A DNA stretch of 64,000 nucleotides from Myxococcota bacterium. Its GTDB lineage: Bacteria; Myxococcota_A; Polyangia; Nannocystales; Nannocystaceae. The stretch spans positions 64,001-128,000 of the forward strand of contig JBCCHT010000011.1 of the NCBI GenBank assembly GCA_039028615.1, given 5' to 3'. The translations under genes were made by a program, and so were the position numbers. A model generated the notes under the pieces. That model made no database searches. It worked only from the letters and a program-made list of their open reading frames with translations, and was not told the origin of the DNA. Shown here piece after piece: positions 26,612 to 39,687 of this stretch (position 1 is the first letter of the stretch; each line of letters opens with the position of its first letter).

Positions 26612-29302
26612 CTACGCGTCGGCGTCCTCGGAGGAGTCTTCGTCGGTGGCGTCGGCAGCCTCGGTGGCCTCGCCGCCCTCGGCAGCCTCGCCCTCGACAA
26701 CCTCGCCCTCGATCACCTCGGCCTCGGCGACGTCGTCGTCGCTGTCGTCGACCATGCGAGCTGCGGCCACGACACGCTCGCCGTCGCTCATGCGGATGAT
26801 CCGAACCCCCTGAGTGTTGCGGCCCAGCTCGCTGATGCCGCTGACGGGGGTGCGGATGACCTTGCCCTCGCTGGTGATGAGGATGATCTGATCGTCGGGG
26901 TGGACGAGTAGATTCTCGACGACGGGGCCGTTGCGATCGTTGACCTTGATGGTGATGAGGCCCAGGCCAGCGCGGCTCTGGGTGCGGTACTCGCTGGCCG
27001 AGGTGCGCTTGCCGTAGCCGTTGAGGCAGATGGTGAGCACCTGCAGCGCCCCTTCGTCGGTGGCGGCGAGCCGGCTCATGGCGACGAGGGTGTCCTCGCC
27101 GCGCAGGCCCATGCCCCGCACGCCGCGGGCGTTGCGACCCATGGGGCGCACCGCGGACTCGTCGAAGCGAATGACCATGCCCCCCGCGCTGCTGAGCATG
27201 AGGTGCTGCTTGCCGTCGGTGAAGCGCACCGACATCAGGCGATCGTCCTCGTCGATGCTCACCGCGATGAGGCCGGTCTTGCGCATGTTGGCGTACTCGC
27301 TCAACTGGGTGCGCTTGACGTAGCCCTTCTTGGTGGCGGTGACGATGTAGTGGTCGTCGTCGACCTCGTCCTCGCGGTACGGGATCATCTCGAGCACCCG
27401 CTCGTCGGGGCGCATCTCGAGGAAGTTGACCAGCGCCTTGCCCGGGCCGTCGCGTCGGCCTTGCGGGAGCTCGAAGACCCGCTTGCGGAACACGCGGCCC
27501 GAGTTCGTGAACATCAGCAGCCACGAGTGGGCGCTGGCCTCGAGCACGGTGGTCACGAAGTCGTCGTCGGCACGACCGCCGCCGCTCTTGACGCCCTTGC
27601 CGCCGCGCGCCTGCACCCGATAGTCCTCGGTGGGCAGCCGCTTGATGTAGCCGTGGCGGGTGAGCATCACGACCATCGACTCGTCGGCGACCAGATCGAT
27701 GGCATCGATCTCGCCCTCGGCCTCGAGGATCTGAGTGCGGCGCGAGCCCTTGGAGCCGAGCTCGCCGTCGCCCGCCCCTTGGCCCTCGGGATCGCCGTAG
27801 GTGTGGCGGATCTCGAGCAGCTCGTCCCGGATGACCCGCATCAGCAGGCCCGTGTCGGCCAAGATGGCCTCCAGCCGGGTGATCTCGGCACACAGCTCGC
27901 GGTACTCGCCCTCGACCTTCTCGCGCTCGAGCCCGGTCAGCCGCTGCAGCCGCATGTCGAGGATGGCCTTGGCCTGGCGCTCGCTGAGGTTGTAGGGACG
28001 GCCCTTCGCCGCCTCGACCTCGGCCTCGGGTCGGTTACAGCGCTCGAGGAAAGGCGCGAACCCTTCGAGCGCCTCGCTCATCAACGCCTCGCGGGCCACC
28101 TCGGGGTTGGCCGAGCCGCGGATGATGGCGATGACCCGATCGATGGCATCGATGGCGACGCCCAGGCCCTCGACGATCTCGCGGCGCTCCTGGGCCTTGC
28201 GCAGATCGAACTTGGTGCGGCGGGTGACCACCGTGCGGCGGTGGTCGATGAACGAGACCAGCGCGTCCTTGAGCGTCAGGACCTGCGGGCGCCCGTGCAC
28301 GATGGCGATCATGTTGACCCCGAACGAGGTCTGGAGATCGGTCATCTTGTACAGGTTGTTGAGCACCACCTGGCCGGCCGAGTCACGCTTGATCTGAATC
28401 CAGATCCGCATGCCCGTGCGGTCGCTGTAGTCCTGCACGTCGCTGATGCCCTCGAGTCGCTTCTCGCGGACCAGGGCCGCGATGCGCTCGATGAGCCGGG
28501 TCTTGTTGACCTGATAGGGGATCTCGGTGACGACGATGGACTCGCGGCCCTTGGCGTCTTCCTCGATCTCGCAGCGGGCTCGCACCACGATGCTGCCGCG
28601 CCCCGTGGCGTAGGCGGAGCGAATCCCCGCGCGGCCGATGATGAAGCCCCCGGTGGGGAAATCTGGGCCCTTGACGTACTCGAGCAGGTCGAGGATCTCG
28701 AGCTCGGGGTTGTCGATGAGGGCGATCACCGCGTCCACCACCTCGGTGAGGTTGTGGGGCGGGATGTTGGTGGCCATGCCCACCGCGATGCCGACGGCAC
28801 CGTTGAGCAGCAGGTTGGGAAGCTTGGTCGGGAGGACGGAAGGCTCGAGCTCCTTCTCGTCGTAGTTCGGCACCCAGTCGATGGTGTCTTTTTCGATGTC
28901 GGCCAAAAGCTCCGAGGCGAGCTTTTGCATCCGCACCTCGGTGTACCGCATCGCGGCCGGCGAATCGCCGTCGACCGAGCCGAAGTTGCCCTGCCCGTCG
29001 ACCAGCGGGTAGCGCATGGAGAAGTCCTGAGCCAGGCGGACCAGCGCGTCGTAGACCGCCGAGTCACCGTGCGGGTGGTACTTGCCGATGACGTCACCGA
29101 CCACGCGCGCCGATTTCTTGTACGGCTGCTGGTGGGTGTTCCGCAGCTGGTGCATCGCGTAGAGGATGCGGCGGTGCACCGGCTTGAGCCCGTCCCGGGC
29201 ATCGGGCAGAGCCCGGGAAATGATGACGCTCATTGCGTAGTCCAAAAAGGAGCTACGCATCTCGTCTTCGATGTTCAGCGCGGTCTTTTGGTCGCTCACC
29301 AT
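26612..29302 (-). CDS. gyrA: DNA gyrase subunit A
   Basis: [35 protein letters not shown] (catalytic Tyr), GyrA-box QARGGKG, C-terminal pinwheel repeats and acidic tail. Confidence 0.98.
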   Translation of the reverse strand: MVSDQKTALNIEDEMRSSFLDYAMSVIISRALPDARDGLKPVHRRILYAMHQLRNTHQQPYKKSARVVGDVIGKYHPHGDSAVYDALVRLAQDFSMRYPLVDGQGNFGSVDGDSPAAMRYTEVRMQKLASELLADIEKDTIDWVPNYDEKELEPSVLPTKLPNLLLNGAVGIAVGMATNIPPHNLTEVVDAVIALIDNPELEILDLLEYVKGPDFPTGGFIIGRAGIRSAYATGRGSIVVRARCEIEEDAKGRESIVVTEIPYQVNKTRLIERIAALVREKRLEGISDVQDYSDRTGMRIWIQIKRDSAGQVVLNNLYKMTDLQTSFGVNMIAIVHGRPQVLTLKDALVSFIDHRRTVVTRRTKFDLRKAQERREIVEGLGVAIDAIDRVIAIIRGSANPEVAREALMSEALEGFAPFLERCNRPEAEVEAAKGRPYNLSERQAKAILDMRLQRLTGLEREKVEGEYRELCAEITRLEAILADTGLLMRVIRDELLEIRHTYGDPEGQGAGDGELGSKGSRRTQILEAEGEIDAIDLVADESMVVMLTRHGYIKRLPTEDYRVQARGGKGVKSGGGRADDDFVTTVLEASAHSWLLMFTNSGRVFRKRVFELPQGRRDGPGKALVNFLEMRPDERVLEMIPYREDEVDDDHYIVTATKKGYVKRTQLSEYANMRKTGLIAVSIDEDDRLMSVRFTDGKQHLMLSSAGGMVIRFDESAVRPMGRNARGVRGMGLRGEDTLVAMSRLAATDEGALQVLTICLNGYGKRTSASEYRTQSRAGLGLITIKVNDRNGPVVENLLVHPDDQIILITSEGKVIRTPVSGISELGRNTQGVRIIRMSDGERVVAAARMVDDSDDDVAEAEVIEGEVVEGEAAEGGEATEAADATDEDSSEDADA

Positions 29303-29462
29303 GACGGTCGGCACGGGCCCCGCGTACGGCGGCCGGGCGGCAAAGGATACCCCCGGGCTCCCTGAGGGAAAAGCCGGCTCGATGAGGCCATACGAGGCCG
29401 AATTCGGGACTTTAGGGGATCGCCCCAGGCGGCGACCGTCGGCGATGTGTTACCGAGGAGAC

Positions 29463-29858
29463 ATGACGGGCAGCAAGTTCGTCCAGGTCCTGAAGGTCGA
29501 GGATTTTCGCATCGAGTCCGGCGTCGAGGCCGTACCGACGGGACGGGGCGCCGCGACGGTCCGAAATTTCGTCCGGATCTGGCTGATGGGCTCGCCCGCC
29601 GTCGCCCACTCGCGGGTGACCAACGCCTTCCTCGAAGCGCGCTCCGACTGGGGCGAGCCTTCGGTGCCGAGCTTTGATTTTTCGGGGAACCGGATCTTGA
29701 TCGGCTACGCGATGGGCGGGATCGAGGCGGTCGTCTCGATGCTGAGCGGAGGGGCCGAGGTGTTCTGCCAGTATCGCGAGTTCGACGGCGGCGGCGTGTA
29801 TGCCGGGGTGTATCGGGCGCAAGGGGCTGGGGATCAGCACTGGGTGCCGGCCGGGTAG
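29463..29858 (+). CDS. Hypothetical protein
   Basis: ATG after GAGGAG; GC3-rich 131-aa ORF. Confidence 0.65.
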   Translation: MTGSKFVQVLKVEDFRIESGVEAVPTGRGAATVRNFVRIWLMGSPAVAHSRVTNAFLEARSDWGEPSVPSFDFSGNRILIGYAMGGIEAVVSMLSGGAEVFCQYREFDGGGVYAGVYRAQGAGDQHWVPAG

Positions 29859-29868
29859 CGCACCCGGC

Positions 29869-30360
29869 TCAGTGGGTCCCGTTGCCGACGCGCAGCACGT
29901 GCCCGTCGAGGTCCTCGACCCACATCTCCCGCAGCCCCCACTCCTCGTCCTTCGGCGGCCGTAGGATCTTTGCCCCGCGGTCGAGGTACTCGCGCCAGAC
30001 CTCGTCGACGTCCCGCACCAAGATACTCATGTAGGTGCCGGCCCGGCCCTGGCACTGCTCGCAGAAGTAGACGTCGACGTGTCCACGGCGGACGCCGGCG
30101 AAGGTGGCCGGGTTGCCCCACTCCCACGCGACCTGGAAACCGAGCACGTCGCGGTAGTGACGGAGGCTGGCCTGGAGATCGTCGACGGCAAAGATCGGTA
30201 CGGCGCACAGGAATTGGTCGTCGCCGTCGGCGGCAGCGGGCATGGCGGCGCTTTGCTCGAGGCAGGCCTTCATCTGGGCGACGGCGGGGGGCTCGGGCTC
30301 CGAGCTGCCGCAGGCGGTCAACAGCGCGAGCGAGAGCCCGAGGGTCATCCGATTCCTCAT
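29869..30360 (-). CDS. Glyoxalase/bleomycin-resistance (VOC) lipoprotein
   Basis: Lipobox LTAC; PIFAVDDLQASLRHYRDVLGF...PKDEEWGLREMWVEDLDGHVLRVG. Confidence 0.85.
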   Translation of the reverse strand: MRNRMTLGLSLALLTACGSSEPEPPAVAQMKACLEQSAAMPAAADGDDQFLCAVPIFAVDDLQASLRHYRDVLGFQVAWEWGNPATFAGVRRGHVDVYFCEQCQGRAGTYMSILVRDVDEVWREYLDRGAKILRPPKDEEWGLREMWVEDLDGHVLRVGNGTH

Positions 30361-30462
30361 TCCGAGACGATAGCAATCGTATTGTCCCGACGTCCGCGAC
30401 CATGCCAGGCTGCCCGCGGCCCAGTTCGACCCCCGGCCCCCCCCCTCACCTCTACCGTCGCC

Positions 30463-32753
<2,291 letters not shown>

Positions 32754-32754
<1 letters not shown>

Positions 32755-33593
32755 TGCCCGAGCTGCCCGAGGTCGAGCGAGCCCGGCGACTGGTCGAGCG
32801 CGTAGCGGTCGGCAAGGTGATCACCAAGGTCCGCTGTGCCGACGACGACATCGTGTTCGACGGGGTCACACCTCGACAGGTCGCCCGCCGCCTGAAGGGG
32901 CGCACGGTGGTGGCCAGCCGGCGCCGCGGCAAGCAGATGTGGTGGGAGCTCGACGAGCGGCCCTGGCCCTTGTTTCACTTCGCGATGACCGGGCAGTTCG
33001 TCACGCCCGCCCGCGGCCCCTTGCGCCTGGCGGCCTCGGGCAACAAAGACCTCGACCGCAGCTGGCCGCCGAAGTTCTGGAAGATCCACCTGTGGCTGGA
33101 CGACGGCGGCGAGCTGGCGATGACCAACTCGCGGCGACTCGGCCGCATCCGGCTGCGCGAGGATCCCGAGTCCGAGCCGCCCATCTCGAAGCTGGGCTTC
33201 GACCCCTTCTACGAGATGCCCTCCGCCAAGGCGTTCGGCGAGCGACTGCGCGCCCGCAAGGCCGTACTCAAGGCCTTGCTGCTCGACCAGAAGTTCGTGG
33301 CGGGCATCGGCAACTGGATGGCGGACGAGATCCTCTACCAAGCGAAGATCGATCCCCGCCGCCGCGGGCACGAACTCGACGAGGCCGAGGCGCGTCGCAT
33401 CCACGCCAAGACCAAGGCCATCGTGGAGCTGGCCTGCCGCGTCGAGGCCGACAAGAGTAAGTTCCCGCGCAGCTGGCTGTTCCATCACCGCTGGGGGAAG
33501 ATCGCCGACGCCACCACAGCGCGGGGCGAAGCGATCGACTTTCTCGAGATCGGCGGGCGCACCACGGCGTGGGTGCCCGCCGTGCAGAAATAA
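32754..33593 (+). CDS. mutM: Fpg/Nei-family DNA glycosylase, zinc-less finger type
   Basis: MPELPEVE, RRGK, LLLDQKFVAGIGNWMADEIL (H2TH); no CxxC finger, ends GGRTTAWVPAVQK. Confidence 0.9.
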
Positions 33594-33655
33594 CGGAGGG
33601 AATCTCGGGCCCGATGTCGAACCGGGCCTAGCTTCGCCGTCGTAGGGCCGGACCG

Positions 33656-34345
33656 ATGGCGAAGTTCCAAGGCTTTCCCCCCCAAACCCTCCGATTCCTG
33701 AAAAACCTGGGATCCCACAACGAAAAGGCGTGGTTTCAGGCCCATCGCGAAGAGTACGAAGCGTACGTCCTCGAACCCGCGAAGTCGTTCGTGGCCGCGC
33801 TGGGTGAGCGATTGACCGCCCTTCGCCCGGAGATTTCGGCCGAACCCCGGATCAACGGCTCGATCTTTCGCATCAATCGAGACGTGCGGTTCTCCAAGGA
33901 CAAGCGGCCGTACAAAGACCACATCGACCTGTGGTTTTGGGAAGGGGCCGATCGCAAGCAGGGCTCTTCGGGGTTCTTCTTTCGGCTCCTGCACGACCGC
34001 GTGATGCTCGGCGCGGGGATGCACGGGTTTCCCAAGGAGCAGCTGACGACATTTCGGGCGGCGGTCGACGACGATGAAATCGGCTCCGCGTTGGTCACGG
34101 TCGGCAAGCGGCTAGCGAAGGCCGGGTACCCACTCGAAGGTCAGTCGTACAAGAGAGTGCCGCGCGGATACGACACGGAACATCCGCGGGCCGAGCTACT
34201 GCGACACGGGGCGCTTCATGCGGGGTCGACCCTGGAACCCCTCCCCGAAGAGCTTCACTCGGCGAAGTTCGTCGGTTTGTGCATGCGGCATTTCAAGAAA
34301 CTGTTGCCACTGCATACATGGTTGGTCGATCACCTGCAGTCCTAG
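33656..34345 (+). CDS. DUF2461 / TIGR02453 family protein
   Basis: FLKNL..HNEKAWFQAHREEY...IFRINRDVRFSKDKRPYK...YKRVPRGY..EHPRAELLR. Confidence 0.92.
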   Translation: MAKFQGFPPQTLRFLKNLGSHNEKAWFQAHREEYEAYVLEPAKSFVAALGERLTALRPEISAEPRINGSIFRINRDVRFSKDKRPYKDHIDLWFWEGADRKQGSSGFFFRLLHDRVMLGAGMHGFPKEQLTTFRAAVDDDEIGSALVTVGKRLAKAGYPLEGQSYKRVPRGYDTEHPRAELLRHGALHAGSTLEPLPEELHSAKFVGLCMRHFKKLLPLHTWLVDHLQS

Positions 34346-34581
34346 ACACATACAGTCTGCGACATTGGCCGCCCACCTCCGATCCCGTCCCATCAGAGGC
34401 CTGAGCGCAGGCAAATCCCCCACAGGTACGGTGTTGGCGTGGAGTTGTCGATCGAGCGCACAGTTATTACGACCTGCACCATGGTCGATCGAGGTCTACG
34501 CTACCCAAGTACGAGGGGCCGCATGTGAAGGTGCACATCGGCCCACTTGGATGCCCTCGTACCTCCATCACCCAACACGCA

Positions 34582-36150
34582 ATGCATTGGTCGTTCGAAG
34601 AACGGGCCCGGGTCGTGCTCGGGCTCGCCCGGGGTGAAATTCGCCTGACGGAACTCACCACGCGCAAGGGGCTGTCCGCAGCCACGGTGCGGATGTGGGT
34701 CGACGAGTTCATCCACGCCGCGCCCGAGCAGTTCGACGAAGACATGCACACGACGCTCGTCGGGCAGGGGCTGGCGAGCGACTCGGTGAGCAGCCAGCAG
34801 TCGGGGCACATCGAAGACGTGGCCCCGCTCGATCTCCTGCAGAGCCTGAGCATCTACCGCAAGGCCGGGCATGTCTCGTTTTTCCATGCCCACGGCACGA
34901 GTCAGCTGTGGTTCGAGGGCGGTGAGATCGTCGATGCCTGCAGCGGCGCGCTGCATGGCGCGGCCGCGGTCTACCGCATCGTGGGTCACGAGCGCGGCCA
35001 CTTTCGCGTAGACGTCACGGGACAGCCGCGTCCGCGAACGATCGAAGAGCCGGTCAACGCGTTGATCTTCGAGGCGGCACGCCGACTCGACGAGAGCCAG
35101 CGCTTGCGCGCCAAGGCCCCCGCGTCCGACGAGGTCTTGTCGGGCGCCGCCGCGGCCCTGCTGGCCCCCGATCTCCCGCCGGACGAGCTCGAGGTCGCCA
35201 CGCTCTTCGGTCCGGGGGCGACCCTCGGCGAGGTGCAAGAGCGCTCGAGCCTCGGCGAGCTGGAGACACTGCGGAGCATCGCGTCCCTGCTGAAATCGGA
35301 TCGACTCGAGCGCACGGGGCAGACCCGCGTCGCGACCATTCCCAGCGTCAAGGAACGGGCGGCCGCCCTTCGCCGCGTCGCCCTCGAGATTTCCCAAGCG
35401 GCCGTGCCCGCGATCGTGCACGAGCCCCGCCCCCGCTCGCGACGGCCGCTGTGGCCCTTCGCTTCGCTCGGCGGGCTGCTGACGCTGGTCGTCACGATCG
35501 CCCTCATCCGCGGCGGGACCGAAGAGCCGACCCCCACCGTCGCCAAGTCCACCCGGGCCCCGTCGTCCGAAGCACCGCCGCTGGCCGTGGCCGGGGCTCC
35601 CCCCGCGGGCTCCAACGGCCTCGCCCATGTCCCCACGTTGTCGGGCTCTTCCACGGCCATGCCAGCTGCGAGTGCCGACCCCCCCGTCGCAGACGAGAAC
35701 CCCGAACCAGCGGAGACCGAACCCGAACCCGAGCCCGAGCCCGAGCTGATCATCGAAGACGATGCCCAGCCGACGCCGCACAACCGTGGCCGCAAGCGCG
35801 GTCGCAAGGCCGCACCCGAGGCCACCCCGGCTCCCGTGCCGATGCCGGTCGTCGAAGAACGACCCCCCGCCGAAGAACCTCCCCCCGAGGACGCCGCATC
35901 GCTGCTCCGCCGAGCGCGGGACGCCTACGGATCGGGACGCGCTCGCGAGGCCTACCGCCTCGCCGACCGCAGCTACCGACTCCAGTCCTCTCCCAAGGCC
36001 GCCGAGGTCGCGGTCCTGGCCGCGTGCATGATGAAGGCGCCCAACAAGGCCCGCAGCGCGCTGAACAAGGTCACCTTGCTCCGCCGCTCGACCATGCGCA
36101 CGATCTGCCGCGACCAGCACTCGGTCCGCATCAAGATCCTCCCCCAGTGA
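34582..36150 (+). CDS. HTH + DUF4388 (PatA-N-like) + TM + Pro-rich membrane protein
   Basis: N-terminal HTH (EERARVVL...GLSAATVRMW..F), GHIEDVAPLDLLQSL..RKAG...LWFEGGEIVDA...IFEAARRLDE, TM, PEPE linker. Confidence 0.75.
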   Translation: MHWSFEERARVVLGLARGEIRLTELTTRKGLSAATVRMWVDEFIHAAPEQFDEDMHTTLVGQGLASDSVSSQQSGHIEDVAPLDLLQSLSIYRKAGHVSFFHAHGTSQLWFEGGEIVDACSGALHGAAAVYRIVGHERGHFRVDVTGQPRPRTIEEPVNALIFEAARRLDESQRLRAKAPASDEVLSGAAAALLAPDLPPDELEVATLFGPGATLGEVQERSSLGELETLRSIASLLKSDRLERTGQTRVATIPSVKERAAALRRVALEISQAAVPAIVHEPRPRSRRPLWPFASLGGLLTLVVTIALIRGGTEEPTPTVAKSTRAPSSEAPPLAVAGAPPAGSNGLAHVPTLSGSSTAMPAASADPPVADENPEPAETEPEPEPEPELIIEDDAQPTPHNRGRKRGRKAAPEATPAPVPMPVVEERPPAEEPPPEDAASLLRRARDAYGSGRAREAYRLADRSYRLQSSPKAAEVAVLAACMMKAPNKARSALNKVTLLRRSTMRTICRDQHSVRIKILPQ

Positions 36151-36203
36151 CGCTCAGCCCTCCACCATCCCGAAACCAGTCCTCGATTGGTACCCTCGCG
36201 GCC

Positions 36204-36626
36204 ATGGCCCGAGCCCACTTTGCCGCGCTGCTCGCCGTCTCACTGGCGCTCGCGTGTTCAGCCCGACCGGTCGACTCCGACGACGAGGACGAGTCCGACT
36301 CGACGGACATCGACGAAGCGGGGGTCCAGCCCAGCGAGCAGGGAACGATGTACTCGGCGTGCGGCACCTCAGCCGAGTGCGCGCCGCTGGAGTTCTGTGT
36401 TTTTCCGCAAGGCGAGACGGGCTTCTGTACGGCGGCCTGCGCCTCCCCCACGAACTCGAGCAACTGCGCTGGCGCCCCCGGCAACCAGGAACTCAGTTGC
36501 TTCGACATCGGCCTCGCCGACGACCGCCAGGTGTGCGCGCTCGATTGCGCGGCTACGCCCTGCCCCCGCGGGATGCGCTGCGAAGCGGTGAACTCGGGCG
36601 GGACCGCCCGCTCGATCTGTTTCTGA
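36204..36626 (+). CDS. Cys-rich lipoprotein
   Basis: LALAC lipobox; many spaced Cys. Confidence 0.8.
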   Translation: MARAHFAALLAVSLALACSARPVDSDDEDESDSTDIDEAGVQPSEQGTMYSACGTSAECAPLEFCVFPQGETGFCTAACASPTNSSNCAGAPGNQELSCFDIGLADDRQVCALDCAATPCPRGMRCEAVNSGGTARSICF

Positions 36627-36672
36627 CGGGCCCTGGCCAAGCCACGGTGGTCTGCGCTACCCAAGACGTCCG

Positions 36673-39645
36673 GTGGCCGCGGACTCGACCTACGACCCCG
36701 ATCCTTCGCTCGATACCCGAACGATCGCCGACCATCGCCGCGATCGGACGCTGGACGCGAAGCCCAGCCGCGAGCCGATCGAGCGCGGCACCTCGATGGG
36801 TCGTTACCTCGTGCTGGACGAGATCGGCGAGGGCGGCATGGGCGTGGTGGTGCGCGCCTACGACCCCAAGCTGCATCGCGAGGTCGCGCTCAAGCGGCTG
36901 CACCGCGGAACCCTCGACGCGGAGAGCCAGGCGCGGCTGTTCCGCGAGGCCCAGGCGATGGCCCAGCTCAGCCATCCCAACGTGATCACGATCCACGACG
37001 TGGAGCGCACGGAGCGGGGCGTGATCATGGCGATGGAGTTCGTCGAAGGCCAGACGCTGAGCAAGTGGATCGCCGAGGGCCCCCACCCGTGGGCGGAGGT
37101 GGTCGAGCGCTTCAAGCAAGCCGGCCGAGGTCTGCTCGCGGCCCACCAGGCCGGCCTCGTGCACCGCGACTTCAAGCCGAGCAATGTCATCACCGGGCAC
37201 GACGGCCGGGTGCAGGTGATGGACTTTGGACTCGCCCGGGCCGAGCCCACGCAGTACAGCTCCGACTCGCGCATCTCGACCGACGAGCCCGAGACGCCGG
37301 ACCCCATGTTCGAGCCGGACCCGTCGATGATGGTGCTGTCGGCCGATGCCAGCGGCTCGCTCGACGTCCCGCTGACCGAGGCGGGACTGGTGATGGGTAC
37401 GCCGGCCTATATGGCGCCGGAGCAGCACCGCGGCGACGTGGCGGATGCTCGCTGCGATCAGTACGCGTTTTGTGTGTCGCTGTGGGAAGGGCTGTGGGGC
37501 ACCCGCCCCTTCGAGGGCAACCATCGCGCCATCGCGCTGGCCAAGCACGGAGGTCCGCCGCCGCTGCCTCGCGAGCCCAAGGTACCGCGCGCGCTCCAGG
37601 ACATCGTGCGGCGCGGGTTGTCGCCCAAGGCGGGCGAGCGCTTCCCGTCGATGGCCGAGCTCATCGACGCGCTCGAGCGAGACCCCACCACCCAGAGTCG
37701 GCGATGGCGAACGGCCGCGGGAGCGGTGGTCGTGGCGGCGGGCGTGACCGGAGTGGTGCTCGCCGGGCGAAGCTCCGCCCCCGCGCCGTGCGAGGACGCG
37801 AGCGCTCAGCTCGAGGGTATCTGGGACGACACACGCCGAGCCGAGGTGCGCGGAGCCCTGCGCGACACGTCGCTGAGCTACGCGGAGAACACCTGGAAGC
37901 GGGTGTCGACGTTCCTCGACGACTACGCGCAGACCTGGGCGCAGATGCACACCGAGGCATGCGAGGCGACAGCCGTCCGCCGGGTCCAGTCCGAAGCCCT
38001 GCTCGACGTGCGCATGCAGTGCCTGCGTCGTCGCAAGCTCCACCTCGAGGCCGTCGTCGAGGTGCTGGCCACGGCCGACGAGGCGGTCGCCAAGACAGCC
38101 ATCCGCCAAGTCATGAACCTGCCGCCCATCGAGCGCTGCGCGGACGTCGACGCGCTGATGGCCGCGGTCGCCCCACCCGAGCAGCCGGCCATCGCGGCCG
38201 AGGTCGAGGAGATCCGCGACGCGCTCGCTCGGGTGATCGAGCTCGGCCACGCCCGCCGCTACGACGAAGCCCAGGTCGTGATCGATGGCCTCCTCGAGCG
38301 TGCCCGCGCCACGGACTACACCCCCATCGTGGCCGAGGTGCTGCGCATCACCGCCGATCTCTCGGACCTGCAGGGAAACTTCGCGCGCGCCGAGAGGGAG
38401 GGCACCGAGGCGTTCGAGCTCGCGCTGCAGTCGGGGCACGACACCGCCGCGGCCGACATCGCCAGCGCGATGCTGTTCCTGACCGCCAACCGGCAGGTCA
38501 ACCTCGACAAGGCTCGGGTCTGGAGCACGGCGGCGGTGGGCCTGGCCCAAGCGGTACGCCCGGGAGGGCGACGACACGCCCGCTCCATCAACGGCCTCGG
38601 CGTGCTGGCCTACCACCTGGGGGACTTCGCGGTGGCCAAGATCCACTTCGAGCGGGCCATCGAGATGCTCATCCAGGTGGAGGGCGAAAAATCCGACACC
38701 GTCGCCAACACCTACAACCACCTGGGCGCCATCCTCGACGAGCAGGGTCGCTACAAGGAAGCACAGCGGCACTTCGAGCGCGCCTTGAAGATCCACCTGG
38801 AGCTATACGGCGAAAACCATCCCTGGCCCACCCGCTCGATGGACAACCTCGCGCTGTCTCTCCAGGCGCAGGGGCTCAACGAACGCTCACGGGACATGCA
38901 CGTCCGGGTGCTCGAGATTCGCCGCCAGGCCCAGGGCGAGCGGCACCCCAACGTGGGGCTGGCCCACAACAACCTCGGCTGGGACTACATGGGTCTCGAC
39001 GAGTACGACAAAGCGGCCGATCACTTCGAGCACGCGTTGGCGATCTTCGTGGAGGCGCTGGGGGACGAGCACCCGCGGGTCGGCATGGCGGCAGAGAGCC
39101 TCGCCGAGGCCGAGCAAGCCCGCGAGCGCTACGCCGCGTCGGAAGTCTTGCACCGACGCGCGCTGAGGATCCGTCGCAAGGCCCTGGGCGACGAGCACCC
39201 GAACGTCGCGCTGTCGTATAGCGGCCTGGGCAAGGTGGCGACGAGCCAGGGCCGCTACGAGGACGCGATCGAGCAGCACGGCAAGGCGCTGGCCATCACC
39301 GAGAAGAAACCCGAAGGCATGGAGCGACGGCTGGCCGAGATGCTCCTGGCGATGGGACAGGCACAGCTCGGGGCGGGGCACTTTGCCGACGCTCGGAAGT
39401 CGCTCGAGCGCTCCCGCACCGTCATGAGCGAGAGCTCCGATCCACAGGTGCTGGGGGCGCTTTATTTCGCCCTCGCGGAGGCCAACGAGGGGGACGGTGG
39501 CGATCCCCAGCTGGCCCGCGACCACGCCGAGAAGGCCCGGAGCCTGCTCGCGGACCAGACGACCCGCCGCGCGACCGAGCTGCGGGGCAAAGTCGACGCC
39601 TGGCTGGCCAAACCGGCCCCTCAACCCTCGCCCGCCCCCGATTGA
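36673..39645 (+). CDS. Ser/Thr protein kinase with TM and TPR repeats
   Basis: IGEGGMGVV, VALK, HRDFKPSN, DFG, GTPAYMAPE; GDEHP TPR repeats. Confidence 0.95.
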   Translation: MAADSTYDPDPSLDTRTIADHRRDRTLDAKPSREPIERGTSMGRYLVLDEIGEGGMGVVVRAYDPKLHREVALKRLHRGTLDAESQARLFREAQAMAQLSHPNVITIHDVERTERGVIMAMEFVEGQTLSKWIAEGPHPWAEVVERFKQAGRGLLAAHQAGLVHRDFKPSNVITGHDGRVQVMDFGLARAEPTQYSSDSRISTDEPETPDPMFEPDPSMMVLSADASGSLDVPLTEAGLVMGTPAYMAPEQHRGDVADARCDQYAFCVSLWEGLWGTRPFEGNHRAIALAKHGGPPPLPREPKVPRALQDIVRRGLSPKAGERFPSMAELIDALERDPTTQSRRWRTAAGAVVVAAGVTGVVLAGRSSAPAPCEDASAQLEGIWDDTRRAEVRGALRDTSLSYAENTWKRVSTFLDDYAQTWAQMHTEACEATAVRRVQSEALLDVRMQCLRRRKLHLEAVVEVLATADEAVAKTAIRQVMNLPPIERCADVDALMAAVAPPEQPAIAAEVEEIRDALARVIELGHARRYDEAQVVIDGLLERARATDYTPIVAEVLRITADLSDLQGNFARAEREGTEAFELALQSGHDTAAADIASAMLFLTANRQVNLDKARVWSTAAVGLAQAVRPGGRRHARSINGLGVLAYHLGDFAVAKIHFERAIEMLIQVEGEKSDTVANTYNHLGAILDEQGRYKEAQRHFERALKIHLELYGENHPWPTRSMDNLALSLQAQGLNERSRDMHVRVLEIRRQAQGERHPNVGLAHNNLGWDYMGLDEYDKAADHFEHALAIFVEALGDEHPRVGMAAESLAEAEQARERYAASEVLHRRALRIRRKALGDEHPNVALSYSGLGKVATSQGRYEDAIEQHGKALAITEKKPEGMERRLAEMLLAMGQAQLGAGHFADARKSLERSRTVMSESSDPQVLGALYFALAEANEGDGGDPQLARDHAEKARSLLADQTTRRATELRGKVDAWLAKPAPQPSPAPD

Positions 39646-39687
39646 TCCCTTGCGCCGTCGCGCGCCGCTTCGTATGCCGAAGGGCAC

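Noticed and set aside
27203..29365. 720-aa ORF antisense to gyrA, and similar long antisense ORFs throughout
   Set aside because: Expected from high-GC codon bias; no recognisable motifs.
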